Shown: one piece after another, positions 18,726 through 29,030 of the stretch
Position numbering within the stretch: the stretch's first letter is position 1
How the letters are laid out: every line of letters starts with the position of its first letter
DNA from: an uncultured Gammaproteobacteria bacterium
GTDB taxonomy: Bacteria > Pseudomonadota > Gammaproteobacteria > DRLM01
Assembly (NCBI GenBank): GCA_963729605.1
Contig: CAVSNY010000007.1
Location: 608,001 to 672,000, forward strand
Direction of reading: 5' to 3'
DNA: 64,000 bases
The notes under the pieces: generated by a model
Databases searched by the model: none
Told to the model about the DNA's origin: nothing
What the model saw: the letters and a program-made list of their open reading frames with translations, nothing else
Translations under genes and position numbers: made by a program

Positions 18726-19868
18726 TCATAACCTTGGCTCCAGCGCCGCGAAGCGGATCGTCTCGGGCTCGAGTGTCAGCCGATAGCGGCGCGGGCGGGT
18801 GCCGCCGTCATCGATCAGGTAAGGTGCGGCCGCCGGACCCAGCGATTTCTTGAGTAGTTTTCGCAGCTTGCTCAGGTGCGACGAGAAGTATTCGCCGTCC
18901 ATGCCCTTTTTCAGGGCCCGTTCGGTGTGATCGCCGTCGGCCATATCGCCGACGATTCGGCGCAGTTCGTCCAAATACCACCGCGACCATTCGGTGTCGG
19001 GCACGTCTTTGGACGGTGCGGGTAACGCCGGCTCGTTACGCGAGGCGCGGTGCGCGAACACAGCCAGCAGTGCCAGTTCCGCCGGTGGCAAAGGGATGAT
19101 CTGATCCGCGGCGCGGATGCGCCGGTTCGCAAGGTCGAGCACCAGTTCCTTCGGTCCGAGCACCCGTTGGGCAGCGGCTACGCTGGCGCTGAAAGAGGTC
19201 GCGCCCTCGCGCAGCCGGTCGTCCAGGCCATGACGCATGCGCACGAAGGGGATCTCCGCCAACTCCACGATCGCATCCCGGCAATCGAGCGGACGCGGCT
19301 TGGTCTCGCGGGTCTGGATCACGCGCTGGTCACGGGTCGGGTAGTAGAACTCGGGGTGCGATTCGAAGGGTGCGGACACCAGTACATGCGACAGCCGGTC
19401 CTGCGGCCGACCGTAGAGTGACAACGCATAACCGAGATAATAGCCCATGGTCTTGCGGCCGCCGGCCAGCGAGACATGCATGGCCGTTTCCGGGTCGGCG
19501 GTCAGTTCGCGCACGATGTCCGCAATGAAATCGGCAACCCGTTCGTTGTTCGCCGGCGTGCGGATGTCGTCGAGCGGTTGGCCGTCGACATCGGTCACGA
19601 TGTGCAGGGTCGCGTCGTCGAAGCGCATCGCGGGCAGATCGTATTCGCGGCAGAGGAGATGGAACCAGCCCGGATCGTCAGACAGTAGATTCAGCCGCGC
19701 ATGCGCGGCGCCTTCGCCGGTGGTAATGACGTGGATCTCGGTGGGTATAAAGGCAACCCGTTTTTGAGCGGGTTTCACGGCCAAGGCATATAAAGTCTCC
19801 GTCACGATCTGCGGCGACAGGCCGGTGACGGCGAGCAGGATTCGTTTTGGATATTCGTATGGCTGCAT
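18726..19868 (-). CDS. NE0113-family CARF protein (ring-nuclease-like) fused to a C-terminal winged HTH
   Basis: KRILLAVTGLSPQIVTETLYAL, HVSLAGGRKTMGYY, DRLSHVLV, FESHPEFYYP; the C-terminal YFSSHLSKLRKLL...RRYRL resembles an OmpR-type wHTH; no HEPN RxxxxH seen. Confidence 0.82.
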   Translation of the reverse strand: MQPYEYPKRILLAVTGLSPQIVTETLYALAVKPAQKRVAFIPTEIHVITTGEGAAHARLNLLSDDPGWFHLLCREYDLPAMRFDDATLHIVTDVDGQPLDDIRTPANNERVADFIADIVRELTADPETAMHVSLAGGRKTMGYYLGYALSLYGRPQDRLSHVLVSAPFESHPEFYYPTRDQRVIQTRETKPRPLDCRDAIVELAEIPFVRMRHGLDDRLREGATSFSASVAAAQRVLGPKELVLDLANRRIRAADQIIPLPPAELALLAVFAHRASRNEPALPAPSKDVPDTEWSRWYLDELRRIVGDMADGDHTERALKKGMDGEYFSSHLSKLRKLLKKSLGPAAAPYLIDDGGTRPRRYRLTLEPETIRFAALEPRL

Positions 19869-19884
19869 ATTTTTCGCTGGTAGG

Positions 19885-20967
19885 TCAACCCGCCTGGCCT
19901 GATATGGGCTCGACGGCCCACCCCGAGGCATCGGTCATGGCGGGCACATCCGCCCCCGTTTGCTTCGGCAAGCTTGCGGCCGGCTCGAGCGTGTAGCGGC
20001 CTAATCCCATGCTGGTGCCCTTGCCGGCGTGCGTCCACTGACCGAGCCACAGATACGGCCAGAAGGCCGCCAACTCGCAGTCATCCAGCGATGCGGTTCC
20101 GGTCAATCCACCCATTTCCATGGTGGTCTGTTGACGGGTGCTGTAGCGCGTCCAGTCCTTCCAATGCAGTTCGGCCTTCGAAAAAGATACCGCGCGCGCT
20201 TGGTGGGTGAGGCCGGCGAAATCCGTCTCCAGCGGAGTGTCGGTATGAAAATAACTCAGCATGGAGATGCGCCTTAACAGGTTGCCGAACAGGTCGGCGA
20301 AGCGGAATTGGTCCGGCCCGACGTACTGCTCCGCGCGCCGCAGCCGCAGCGGGGTATGAAACCTCAGCCGCAGGCTTGAGGGCGCCGGCGGTGTTTCCAA
20401 TAATCGAGGCGCCTCCGCCGCCAATTCACTGCCCGGCCGGTAAATCTCCCGCCAGGCATCGGTCGTCGGATCGTCAGCCTGCTCGACGGCGATCAGGTCG
20501 AGCGGGGTGCGACCCGTGCCGAGGCCCTCGGCGCCTGCGCGCGCGAAGGCGTGAATCATGTAAGCCAGGGATTGGTTGGCGCGACCGAATAGCGTGAGGC
20601 CGAGGAGGTGTTCCGCGTCAGGGCCGATTTGCGGGGTCATGCCGTCTTCGAGTTCGATCAGGAACGGGTGCGGCGCGGCCGAATAACGCCGCATCTTGGC
20701 GGTCTCCGCGGGAGGCGGTGTTTCAAACAGATAAGGATAGGGACAGGACCGATAGAGCAAGCAGCCGCCGCAGGATTTCATGCGCGTGACGCAAACGGTG
20801 CGTTTGAGCGCATGGCCGAAGGCGCCACGCCAGGCCGAGCCGGCGTATTCGGGAAGCTTCGGTGTTCCCCGCGGCCTAAAGCGCAGGCGATAACGTGCCA
20901 GCGGAAGAACGGGTTTTACCCGCGATGAGGGTCCCGTGACGGTCTTATTGTTGTTGTGCCGGGACAC
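19885..20967 (-). CDS. cas6: crRNA-processing endoribonuclease Cas6
   Basis: YAGSAWRGAFG, CxxC...C insert, HPF, TPLRL, G-rich loop HAGKGTSMGLG. Confidence 0.92.
   Translation of the reverse strand: MSRHNNNKTVTGPSSRVKPVLPLARYRLRFRPRGTPKLPEYAGSAWRGAFGHALKRTVCVTRMKSCGGCLLYRSCPYPYLFETPPPAETAKMRRYSAAPHPFLIELEDGMTPQIGPDAEHLLGLTLFGRANQSLAYMIHAFARAGAEGLGTGRTPLDLIAVEQADDPTTDAWREIYRPGSELAAEAPRLLETPPAPSSLRLRFHTPLRLRRAEQYVGPDQFRFADLFGNLLRRISMLSYFHTDTPLETDFAGLTHQARAVSFSKAELHWKDWTRYSTRQQTTMEMGGLTGTASLDDCELAAFWPYLWLGQWTHAGKGTSMGLGRYTLEPAASLPKQTGADVPAMTDASGWAVEPISGQAG
19966..19980. promoter_or_regulatory. GGCAAGCTTGC box 3, in the cas6 3' tail upstream of the CARF-wHTH gene
   Basis: CGGCAAGCTTGCGGC; encodes AASLP just after the conserved Cas6 G-loop. 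Confidence 0.55.
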
Positions 20968-21037
20968 GGTTATTCAGCCTCCCTTGCTTATTTCAGATGA
21001 TCCTAGCTTAAATCCGGATGGAAGGCGAAGTCTCCGC

Positions 21038-21051
21038 CGGCAAGCTTGCCG
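21038..21051. promoter_or_regulatory. GGCAAGCTTGC box 4, upstream of cas6
   Basis: CGGCAAGCTTGCCG is a perfect 14-bp palindrome. Confidence 0.6.
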
Positions 21052-21291
21052 TCTGATTAGGAGGCGACAGCGGGGGTCATCTATTGATGTAGATGTGATG
21101 GCATCGCTTGAGGGCGGCGGCGCAATCGAAGTGTAACGATGCGGCGTCGAAAGAGCGGGGGATGTGTTCATGACGCTCTCGGTTACCGGATAGGGGTTCC
21201 ACGCCGCACCGCGGGCGCCAGTTCCCTACTGCCACCGGGCAGGCCGAGCGCGTAGAATGTCCCGTTTTGAAATCGCCAGGACTGATCTTCG

Positions 21292-21876
21292 ATGGGGGAT
21301 GGAAACACGCGGCGCCGCGAGCCAAGCTGGCGACCGGCACGACAGTTGTTGCGGAGCGCGGCCACGCCGGACGCCTGGGATTGGCTGCTCGACGGAGGCT
21401 CTCTCACCCAGCGTCTGCGGCGGGCTTGTGCCGGCCGTTTTCGGGTGGCGGTCCGCCGGCAGGCATGGGGCCGGCCGCTGCCCAGTGAAAGGCGTATTCT
21501 GAATATGGCGCATGGTGAACGGGCGGTGATCCGTGAGGTGCATCTGCTGTGTGGCGATACGCCGTGGGTGTTCGCGCGCACGGTGATCCCGGTCAGCACC
21601 TTGCGCGGGCCTCAACGCCGTTTGACCCGCCTGGGCTCCAAGCCTCTAGGCGCAGCCTTATTCGCCGATCCGTCCCTGCGGCGCGGCGCGGTGGAAGTGG
21701 CCTGCCTGCGGCGCGGCGAGCCGCCGTATATACGGGCGATGCAGGGTGTCGCGTCGTCCGCCGCGAGGATTTGGGGGCGGCGTTCGGTGTTTCGCCTGCA
21801 GGAACGGCCCTTGCTGGTGAGCGAAATTTTTCTGCCCGCGCTGTGGGCGCGGAGCGGCGATGAAGAGCGAAGATGA
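21292..21876 (+). CDS. ubiC: Chorismate--pyruvate lyase
   Basis: WLLDGGSLTQRL, REVHL, WVFARTVIP, LGSKPLG, WGRRS, LLVSEIFLP. Confidence 0.93.
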   Translation: MGDGNTRRREPSWRPARQLLRSAATPDAWDWLLDGGSLTQRLRRACAGRFRVAVRRQAWGRPLPSERRILNMAHGERAVIREVHLLCGDTPWVFARTVIPVSTLRGPQRRLTRLGSKPLGAALFADPSLRRGAVEVACLRRGEPPYIRAMQGVASSAARIWGRRSVFRLQERPLLVSEIFLPALWARSGDEERR

Positions 21877-21935
21877 GGCCGTGTGTCCAGACCGTGGTTT
21901 GAAACGTCGGCGGATGTGTCCGCAACAGGTGCAGC

Positions 21936-22802
21936 GTGATGGGTAATCAGCGGCTCCGCCAATACGCTTTATTGATGCGGCTCGACCGGCCCATCGGTAT
22001 TTTATTGCTGCTGTGGCCGACCTTGTGGGCGCTGTGGATCGCCGGCGCCGGTCACCCCGATCCGCTGGTGGTCACGGTCTTCGTGCTGGGCGTGGTGCTG
22101 ATGCGTTCCGCCGGCTGCGTGATCAACGATTACGCCGACCGCCATGTCGATCCCCACGTGGCGCGCACCAAGGGACGGCCGATCGCGGCGGGCAAGGTGG
22201 CGCCGCGCGAGGCCTTGTGGCTGTTCGCCGCCTTGTGTCTGACGGCCTTCGTTCTGGTGCTGCTGATGAATCCGCTCACCATCCTGATGTCCTTGGGCGG
22301 CGTGGTGCTGGCGGCGGTGTATCCCTTCATGAAGCGTTATACCCATCTGCCGCAGGTGGTGCTGGGCATGGCCTTCGGCTGGGCGGTGCCGATGGCCTTC
22401 GCGGCGCAGACCGGCGCGGCGCCGCCGCTGGCCTGGCTGCTGTTCGTCGCGACCATCTTGTGGGCGACGGCGTATGACACCATGTATGCCATGGTGGACC
22501 GCAACGATGATCTGCGGATCGGCGTCAAATCCACCGCGATTCTGTTCGGCGAGGCCGACCGGGTGTTGATCGCCTTATTGCAGGCCATGGTGTTGTTGAC
22601 CTTGGCGCTGGTGGGGAAACAAGCCGGCCTGGGCGATATCTATTACCTGAGCCTCGGCCTGGCGGCGGGTCTGGCGGTGTATCAGCTGTATCTGATCCGC
22701 CGCCGCGACGGCGCCGGTTGTTTCAAGGCCTTTTTGAACAACAACTGGTTGGGCGCGGTGGTGTTCGCGGGGATCGCGCTCGACTATTATGCCGCGGGCT
22801 AG
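21936..22802 (+). CDS. ubiA: 4-hydroxybenzoate polyprenyltransferase
   Basis: [32 protein letters not shown]. Confidence 0.96.
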   Translation: MMGNQRLRQYALLMRLDRPIGILLLLWPTLWALWIAGAGHPDPLVVTVFVLGVVLMRSAGCVINDYADRHVDPHVARTKGRPIAAGKVAPREALWLFAALCLTAFVLVLLMNPLTILMSLGGVVLAAVYPFMKRYTHLPQVVLGMAFGWAVPMAFAAQTGAAPPLAWLLFVATILWATAYDTMYAMVDRNDDLRIGVKSTAILFGEADRVLIALLQAMVLLTLALVGKQAGLGDIYYLSLGLAAGLAVYQLYLIRRRDGAGCFKAFLNNNWLGAVVFAGIALDYYAAG

Positions 22803-22881
22803 CCCGCGGTTGGCAGCGGGCGCGGCCCGTGGGAAGATGGGCGCCCGGCCGGGACGGCGGCGCATGAACGGGATGAACGCT

Positions 22882-23085
22882 ATGCAGACCGAAATTTTCG
22901 CGGTGAATAACGTCAAGTGCGGCGGTTGCGCCGGCACCATTCAGCGGGGTCTCGCGGACTTGTCCGGCGTGATCGAGGTGGAGGTCAAGGCGCCCGGCGG
23001 ACCGGTCACGGTGCGCGGCGAAGGTTTGGAGCGCGCGGCGCTGGCGAAAAAACTGGCGGAGCTCGGTTACCCCGAGGCCGTGTAA
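22882..23085 (+). CDS. Heavy-metal-associated (CopZ-like) small protein
   Basis: VNNVKCGGCAGTI...LAELGYP; 67 aa. Confidence 0.8.
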   Translation: MQTEIFAVNNVKCGGCAGTIQRGLADLSGVIEVEVKAPGGPVTVRGEGLERAALAKKLAELGYPEAV

Positions 23086-23094
23086 AAATTTAGG

Positions 23095-24106
23095 ATGACG
23101 ATGACCGTGACGAATAAATCCGCGCCGGCCCAGCCGGGCGCTCACCGCTTCCGGACCTTGGGACTGGCGGTGTTGGAGATCGAAGCGAGGGCGGTGGCCG
23201 CCCTCGCCGAACGGGTGGACGAACACTTCGAGCGCGCTTGCGAACTGATGCTGGCCTGCGAAGGGCGCATCGTGGTGCTGGGCATGGGCAAGTCGGGCCA
23301 TATCGGCAGCAAGATCGCCGCGACCTTGGCCAGCACCGGCAGCCCGGCGTTTTTCGTCCATCCCGGCGAAGCCAGCCACGGCGACTTGGGCATGATCACC
23401 GTCAAGGACGTGGTGCTGGCCTTTTCCAATTCCGGCGAGACCGGCGAGATCCTCACCATTCTGCCCATCATCAAACGGCTGGGCGTGCCCTTGGTCGCCC
23501 TCACCGGCAATCCCGCGTCCACGCTGGCCACCCTGGCCGACGCCCACATCAACGTCGGCGTGGCGCAGGAGGCCTGTCCGCTGGATCTTGCCCCCACCGC
23601 CAGCACCACCGCGGCCTTGGCGATGGGCGACGCATTGGCCATCGCCCTGCTCGAGGCGCGCGGCTTCACCCGCGACGACTTCGCCCGCTCCCATCCCGGC
23701 GGTCGTCTGGGCCGGCGATTGTTGCTGCACGTCAGCGACGTGATGCGCAGCGGCGAGGCCCTGCCGATGGTCGGTCCCCATGTGAAGCTGAGCGCGGCCT
23801 TGCTGGAGATCACCCGCAAGGGCATGGGTATGACTGCCATCGTCGACGAGCAGCGCAAGGTGCTGGGCATCTACACCGACGGCGATTTGCGCCGCAGCCT
23901 GGATCACGCGCATGGATGTGCACACCACACTCATCGGCGAATTGATGACCCCCGGTTGCAAGACCGTGCGCCCCGAGATACTGGCCGCCGAGGCCATTCA
24001 AGTGATGGAGGCCGCCAAGATCAACGGCCTGCTGGTGGTGGACGAAGACAACCGGCTGGTGGGCGCCTTGAACATGCACGACCTGCTGCGCGCCGGCGTG
24101 GCGTAG
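23095..24106 (+). CDS. kdsD: Arabinose-5-phosphate isomerase (KpsF/GutQ), apparent +1 indel near 23909
   Basis: GMGKSGHIG, HPGEASHGDLG and SHPGG; the second CBS domain continues in the 23912-24106 frame (LNMHDLLRAGV). Confidence 0.92.
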
Positions 24107-24134
24107 CGGCCGATCATCTAACGTAAGGATATTC

Positions 24135-24683
24135 ATGCAAGACGTATTGCAAAAGGCGGCGCGGATCCGTTTGGTGATCTTCGACGTGGACGGCGTGCTC
24201 ACCGACGGCGGCCTGCATTTCGACGAGGCGGGCCGCGAGAATAAAGTATTCAACTCCCGCGACGGCCACGGCCTCAAGTTGCTGCAGGGCGCCGGCGTCG
24301 AACTGGCGGTGATCTCGGGGCGCAGCTCGGGCGCGGTCACCCATCGCATGAGCGGACTGGGCATACAACGCGTCTATCAAGGTCAGCGCGACAAGTTGCC
24401 GGCCTTTTATGAATTGCTGCGCGACGTAAACGTGGCCGCCGAACACACGGCCTATGTCGGCGACGACGTGGTGGACCTGCCGGTGATGTTGCGAGTGGGT
24501 TTGGCGGTGGCGGTGCAGGACGCCCATCCCCTGGTCAAGCAGCACGCCCATTGGCAAACCCCGAGTCCCGGCGGGCGCGGCGCGGCGCGGGATTTGAGTG
24601 AGTTGATCTTGGAGGCGCAGGGCAAACTCGCGGGCCTGTGGGCGGGTTATTTGAGCGTGGATCCGGTGACCCGTACGGTGTAA
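24135..24683 (+). CDS. kdsC: KDO-8-phosphate phosphatase
   Basis: FDVDGVLTDG, YVGDDVVDLP, GGRGAAR. Confidence 0.95.
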   Translation: MQDVLQKAARIRLVIFDVDGVLTDGGLHFDEAGRENKVFNSRDGHGLKLLQGAGVELAVISGRSSGAVTHRMSGLGIQRVYQGQRDKLPAFYELLRDVNVAAEHTAYVGDDVVDLPVMLRVGLAVAVQDAHPLVKQHAHWQTPSPGGRGAARDLSELILEAQGKLAGLWAGYLSVDPVTRTV

Positions 24684-24686
24684 TGC

Positions 24687-25262
24687 ATGCCCTTGCGCGC
24701 GGATAAAGGCTTAGTGGTGGTGACGGTGGCGGTGTTGTCGACCTTGAGCTGGTGGTTCCCGTTCCGCATGGGGCCGGCCCCGACCGAGACGCCCGCGATG
24801 GCCGAGGCGCGCCACATCCCGGATTTCTTTTTGACCGAGTTCGATCTCACCAGCATGGATATCACCGGCGCACCGCGTTACCGCCTGCAAGCGCAGACCA
24901 TGACCCACTACGTCGATGACGATACGGCGGACATGAGCTTGCCGCGCATGACCCTGTTCCGCGCCGACGCGGCGCCTTGGCAGGCCAGTGCCGGGCAGGG
25001 CTGGGTGGCGGGTCAAGGGGAGATGGTTAAATTGAGGGAAGATGTCGTGATCGAGCGGCCGGCGAGCGCCGCGGCGCAAAGGTTGGAGATCCGCACCGAC
25101 GAGATGCGGGTGTGGCCCGCCGAGGGATATGCCGAGACCGAACGGTCGGTGGCCCTGCGCAGTGATTTGGGTGTGACCCGCGCGGTGGGCATGCACGCCG
25201 ATTTCAAACACGATGTGGTGGAATTGCGTGCCGAGGTGCGTGGGGAATATGCGGCGCCTTAA
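24687..25262 (+). CDS. lptC: LPS export protein LptC
   Basis: N-terminal TM, beta-jellyroll pattern, located between kdsC and lptA. Confidence 0.85.
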   Translation: MPLRADKGLVVVTVAVLSTLSWWFPFRMGPAPTETPAMAEARHIPDFFLTEFDLTSMDITGAPRYRLQAQTMTHYVDDDTADMSLPRMTLFRADAAPWQASAGQGWVAGQGEMVKLREDVVIERPASAAAQRLEIRTDEMRVWPAEGYAETERSVALRSDLGVTRAVGMHADFKHDVVELRAEVRGEYAAP

Positions 25263-25803
25263 TCACCGGGACATCGCCGGGCTGTTGGCGGGGCTGCTGC
25301 TGGCCGGCGGGCCGGTCCATGCCTTGTCCACCGATAAGCAGCAGCCGATCTACATCGAGGCCGACAACGTCACCATCGACGACGGGCGCGGGGTGGCGGT
25401 GTATCGCGGCAATGTCCACTTCAAGCAGGGCAGCGCCCAGCTCACCGCCGACGAGGTGACCGTGTCCAGCACCGATCGCAAGCAGGTGGACAAGGTGATC
25501 GCCACCGGCGCGCCCGCCACCTTCCGCCAGCGGCCCGACAACAAAGACGAAGACATGCGCGGCCAAGCGTTGCGGATCGAATATTTCGCCAATGACGAGC
25601 GGGTGGTGCTGGAAAACCAGGCCCAGCTCTGGCAGGGCCAGAATGAATTCACCGGCAACCGCATCGAATATCGCGCCGGCGAGGAGGTGGTGCGGGCGCA
25701 CAAGGCGCCGGACGACAGCCGGCGGGTGCAGGTCATCATCCAGCCGCGGCAGGCGGCGCCGGAGCCGGACGCCGCGCCGCCGTCGAACAAACCCGCGCCA
25801 TGA
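25249..25803 (+). CDS. lptA: LPS export periplasmic protein LptA
   Basis: Signal peptide, [28 protein letters not shown]. Confidence 0.92.
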   Translation: MRRLNHRDIAGLLAGLLLAGGPVHALSTDKQQPIYIEADNVTIDDGRGVAVYRGNVHFKQGSAQLTADEVTVSSTDRKQVDKVIATGAPATFRQRPDNKDEDMRGQALRIEYFANDERVVLENQAQLWQGQNEFTGNRIEYRAGEEVVRAHKAPDDSRRVQVIIQPRQAAPEPDAAPPSNKPAP

Positions 25804-26528
25804 GCAGCCTGCTCCGCGCCGAGGGGCTCACCAAGCGTTATCGCGCGCGCCAGGTGGTGAACGGGGTGTCGCTGCATCTGGGCGGCGGCGAGGTGGTGGG
25901 GCTGCTGGGCCCCAACGGCGCGGGCAAGACCACCTGTTTTTATATGATCGTCGGGCTGATTGGCACCGACGAGGGCAGCATTCAGCTCGATGACCGCGAC
26001 ATCACCGCCTATCCCATGCACGTCCGCGCCCGCTTGGGTGTGGGTTATCTGCCGCAAGAGGCCTCGGTGTTCCGCAAGCTGAGCGTGGCGCAGAATATCC
26101 TGGCCATCCTCGAAACCCTGCCGGAGATGAATCGCGCCGAACGCACCGAACGCTGCGACGAATTGCTGGAAGAATTGCATATCGCGCACTTGCGCGACAG
26201 CATGGGCATGAGCCTGTCGGGCGGCGAACGGCGCCGTCTGGAGATCGCGCGGGCGCTCGCCACCCGCCCCCGCTTCATTCTGCTCGACGAGCCCTTCGCC
26301 GGCGTCGATCCCATTTCGGTGATGGACATCCAGGCGATTATCAAGCATTTGACCGAAAAAGGAATCGGTGTGCTGATTACCGATCACAACGTGCGGGAAA
26401 CCCTCGGTATCTGTGGCCGCGCCTACATCATGAGCGAGGGCCAGGTCATCGCCGAAGGGGCGCCGCAACAGATCTTGTTGAATGAACGGGTCCGTCAGGT
26501 GTATTTGGGGGAACATTTCACTCTTTAG
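25800..26528 (+). CDS. lptB: LPS export ATPase LptB
   Basis: [47 protein letters not shown]. Confidence 0.96.
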   Translation: MSSLLRAEGLTKRYRARQVVNGVSLHLGGGEVVGLLGPNGAGKTTCFYMIVGLIGTDEGSIQLDDRDITAYPMHVRARLGVGYLPQEASVFRKLSVAQNILAILETLPEMNRAERTERCDELLEELHIAHLRDSMGMSLSGGERRRLEIARALATRPRFILLDEPFAGVDPISVMDIQAIIKHLTEKGIGVLITDHNVRETLGICGRAYIMSEGQVIAEGAPQQILLNERVRQVYLGEHFTL

Positions 26529-26612
26529 CGAATGCTCTACAGCGATAGGCAATTGCGTTAAACTAAGCGGGCTTTAGGAATAGTCGTTTTCTTATGATGA
26601 ATACGTAACGGA

Positions 26613-28124
26613 ATGAAACAGTCGCTCCAACTCCGGCTTGGACAACAGCTCACCATGACCCCGCAATTGCAGCAGGCCATCCGCCTGTTGCAATTGTCGA
26701 CCTTGGAATTGCAGGCCGAGGTGCAACAGGCCCTGGAGAGTAACCCCCTGCTGGAACTGGCCGAGGAAGGCGAGTCCCATGCCGGCGAGGCGGATTTTGG
26801 GGCGGACGCGCCGGCCTATGAGTTGCTCAACGGCCAGGACACCGCCGGCGCCATGGGTTTGAGCGAGGAGGCGCGCGTCGGCGGCGACGAGCCGCCGGGC
26901 GGCGAGATGGCCACCGACATCCCTCAAGATCTGCCGGTGGACACCAGTTGGGACGATGTCTACGACTCCGGCAGCAGCGGCGCCGCCGCCGGGCCGGACA
27001 ACGACCTGCGCGGCCAGGAGCTGCAAGGCACGCCTTCCGAAAGCCTCAACGATCACCTGGTATGGCAGATGGGGCTCACGCCTTTTTCCGAGACCGACCG
27101 CGCCATCGCCACCGCCATCGTCGACGCCATCGACGAGGACGGCTATCTCACCCTGTCGCTCGAGGACATCCATCAGGGCTTGGGCGAAGACCTCGATGTC
27201 GAACTCGACGAGGTCGAAGCGGTATTGCACCGCATTCAGCGTTTCGATCCGCCCGGCGTCGGCGCCCGCGACCTGCGCGAATGCCTGCTGATCCAGTTGC
27301 GGCAGTTGCCCGAGGACGTGCCGTGGCTGGCGCAGGCCAAGCAATTGGTCGATGAACACCTCGCCTCGCTGGGCGGCCGCGATTACGCGCATTTGATCCG
27401 CCGTCTGAAATTGAACGAGACCGACTTGCAGTGCGTCATCGAATTGATCCAGTCCTTGAATCCGCGGCCCGGCGGCACGGTGGCCTCGTCGCAGGCCGAA
27501 TACGTGATCCCCGACGTGATCGTGCGCAAACATCAGGGCGCGTGGCGGGTCGAACTCAATGACGAGGCGATGCCGCGCCTGCGCATCAACAAGCATTACG
27601 CCGGCCTGATCCGGCGCGCCGACAACAGCAACGACAACACCTATCTCAAAGGGCAATTGCAGGAGGCGCGCTGGTTCATGAAGAGCCTGCAAAGCCGCCA
27701 TGAAACCTTGCTCAAGGTGGCGAGCTGCATCGTCGAACGCCAGCGCGGATTTTTGGAACACGGCGAAGAGGCCATGAAGGCCTTGGTGCTGCACGACGTG
27801 GCGGAGACGGTGGGCATGCACGAATCCACCATCTCGCGGGTCACCACCAAAAAATACATGTGGACCCCGCGCGGCATCTTCGAACTCAAATATTTCTTTT
27901 CCAGCCATGTCAGCACCGCCGCCGGCGGCGTCTGTTCCGCGACGGCGATCCGCGCCCTGATCAAAAAACTGATCGCCGCCGAGAATCACCGCAAACCGCT
28001 CAGCGACAGCAAGCTCGCTTCCATCTTGTGCGAACAGGGCATCAACGTAGCGCGGCGCACGGTGGCGAAATATCGCGAGGCGATGGCCATCCCGCCCTCC
28101 AACGAGCGCAAGCAATTAGTCTAA
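26613..28124 (+). CDS. rpoN: RNA polymerase sigma-54 factor
   Basis: [22 protein letters not shown], RpoN box [10 protein letters not shown]. Confidence 0.98.
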   Translation: MKQSLQLRLGQQLTMTPQLQQAIRLLQLSTLELQAEVQQALESNPLLELAEEGESHAGEADFGADAPAYELLNGQDTAGAMGLSEEARVGGDEPPGGEMATDIPQDLPVDTSWDDVYDSGSSGAAAGPDNDLRGQELQGTPSESLNDHLVWQMGLTPFSETDRAIATAIVDAIDEDGYLTLSLEDIHQGLGEDLDVELDEVEAVLHRIQRFDPPGVGARDLRECLLIQLRQLPEDVPWLAQAKQLVDEHLASLGGRDYAHLIRRLKLNETDLQCVIELIQSLNPRPGGTVASSQAEYVIPDVIVRKHQGAWRVELNDEAMPRLRINKHYAGLIRRADNSNDNTYLKGQLQEARWFMKSLQSRHETLLKVASCIVERQRGFLEHGEEAMKALVLHDVAETVGMHESTISRVTTKKYMWTPRGIFELKYFFSSHVSTAAGGVCSATAIRALIKKLIAAENHRKPLSDSKLASILCEQGINVARRTVAKYREAMAIPPSNERKQLV

Positions 28125-28150
28125 ACTAAAAGCAAACGAGGTAAGCAGTA

Positions 28151-28459
28151 ATGCAAATTCAATTGAGTGGACATCATGTGGAGCTCACGCCCGCCTTGCA
28201 GCAGTACGTGACGGAGAAGATGGACCGGCTGGCGCGGCACTCCGACAACGTCAGCAATGTGCACGTGGTGTTGAGCGTGGAGAAATTGCGGCAGAAGGCC
28301 GAGGCCACCATTCATTTGACGCGGGGCACGGTGTTCGCGGACGCCGAGGCCGAGGACATGTACGCGGCGATCGACGCGCTGGTCGACAAGCTCGACCGGC
28401 AGGTGAAAAAACAAAAAGAAAAGAATACCGACTACCGCAGCGGCGGCGTCGCCAAGTGA
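28151..28459 (+). CDS. hpf: Ribosome hibernation promoting factor
   Basis: MQIQLSGHHVELT...DMYAAIDALVDKLDRQ; follows rpoN. Confidence 0.92.
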   Translation: MQIQLSGHHVELTPALQQYVTEKMDRLARHSDNVSNVHVVLSVEKLRQKAEATIHLTRGTVFADAEAEDMYAAIDALVDKLDRQVKKQKEKNTDYRSGGVAK

Positions 28460-28509
28460 GACTAATCCGGCGGGTCGCGTGATCATGATGCGCCGGTGGG
28501 GGGATTGAC

Positions 28510-28998
28510 ATGCAAATTGGTGATTTCATCACACCGGACCGCGTCGCGTACCGCTTGCACGCCGCCAGTAAAAAACGCGCCTTAGAATTGGTGAGCGGTT
28601 TGCTGGCCGGCGGCGATGCGAATTTGACGGAGGTCGAGATATTCGATTGCCTGGTCGCGCGCGAACGTTTGGGCAGCACCGGCCTCGGCCATGGCATCGC
28701 CCTGCCGCACGGCCGGATCAAAGGCCTCAAGCGGATCATGGGGGCCTTGGTGCGGTTGGATCAGGGCGTCGATTTCGATGCCATCGACGGCGCGCGGGTG
28801 GATATCGTCTGCGCCCTGGTGGTGCCCGCCGAGGCCACCGAAGAACATCTTCAACTGCTGGCGTCGTTGGCGGCCTTGTTCGGCGAGACCGATATGCGCG
28901 ACCGTTTGCGGCGCGCCGAGTCGGCGGCGCAATTGTACGATCTACTGACCTCGCAAGATGCCGCGCCGGTGAAACAGGCGGCGGCGCCGCGGCGCTGA
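28510..28998 (+). CDS. ptsN: PTS EIIA(Ntr)
   Basis: SKKRALE, RERLGSTGLGHGIALPHGR. Confidence 0.92.
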   Translation: MQIGDFITPDRVAYRLHAASKKRALELVSGLLAGGDANLTEVEIFDCLVARERLGSTGLGHGIALPHGRIKGLKRIMGALVRLDQGVDFDAIDGARVDIVCALVVPAEATEEHLQLLASLAALFGETDMRDRLRRAESAAQLYDLLTSQDAAPVKQAAAPRR

Positions 28999-29030
28999 CC
29001 CGTCCCGCCGCGCGCGGCCGGAGACCGCTG

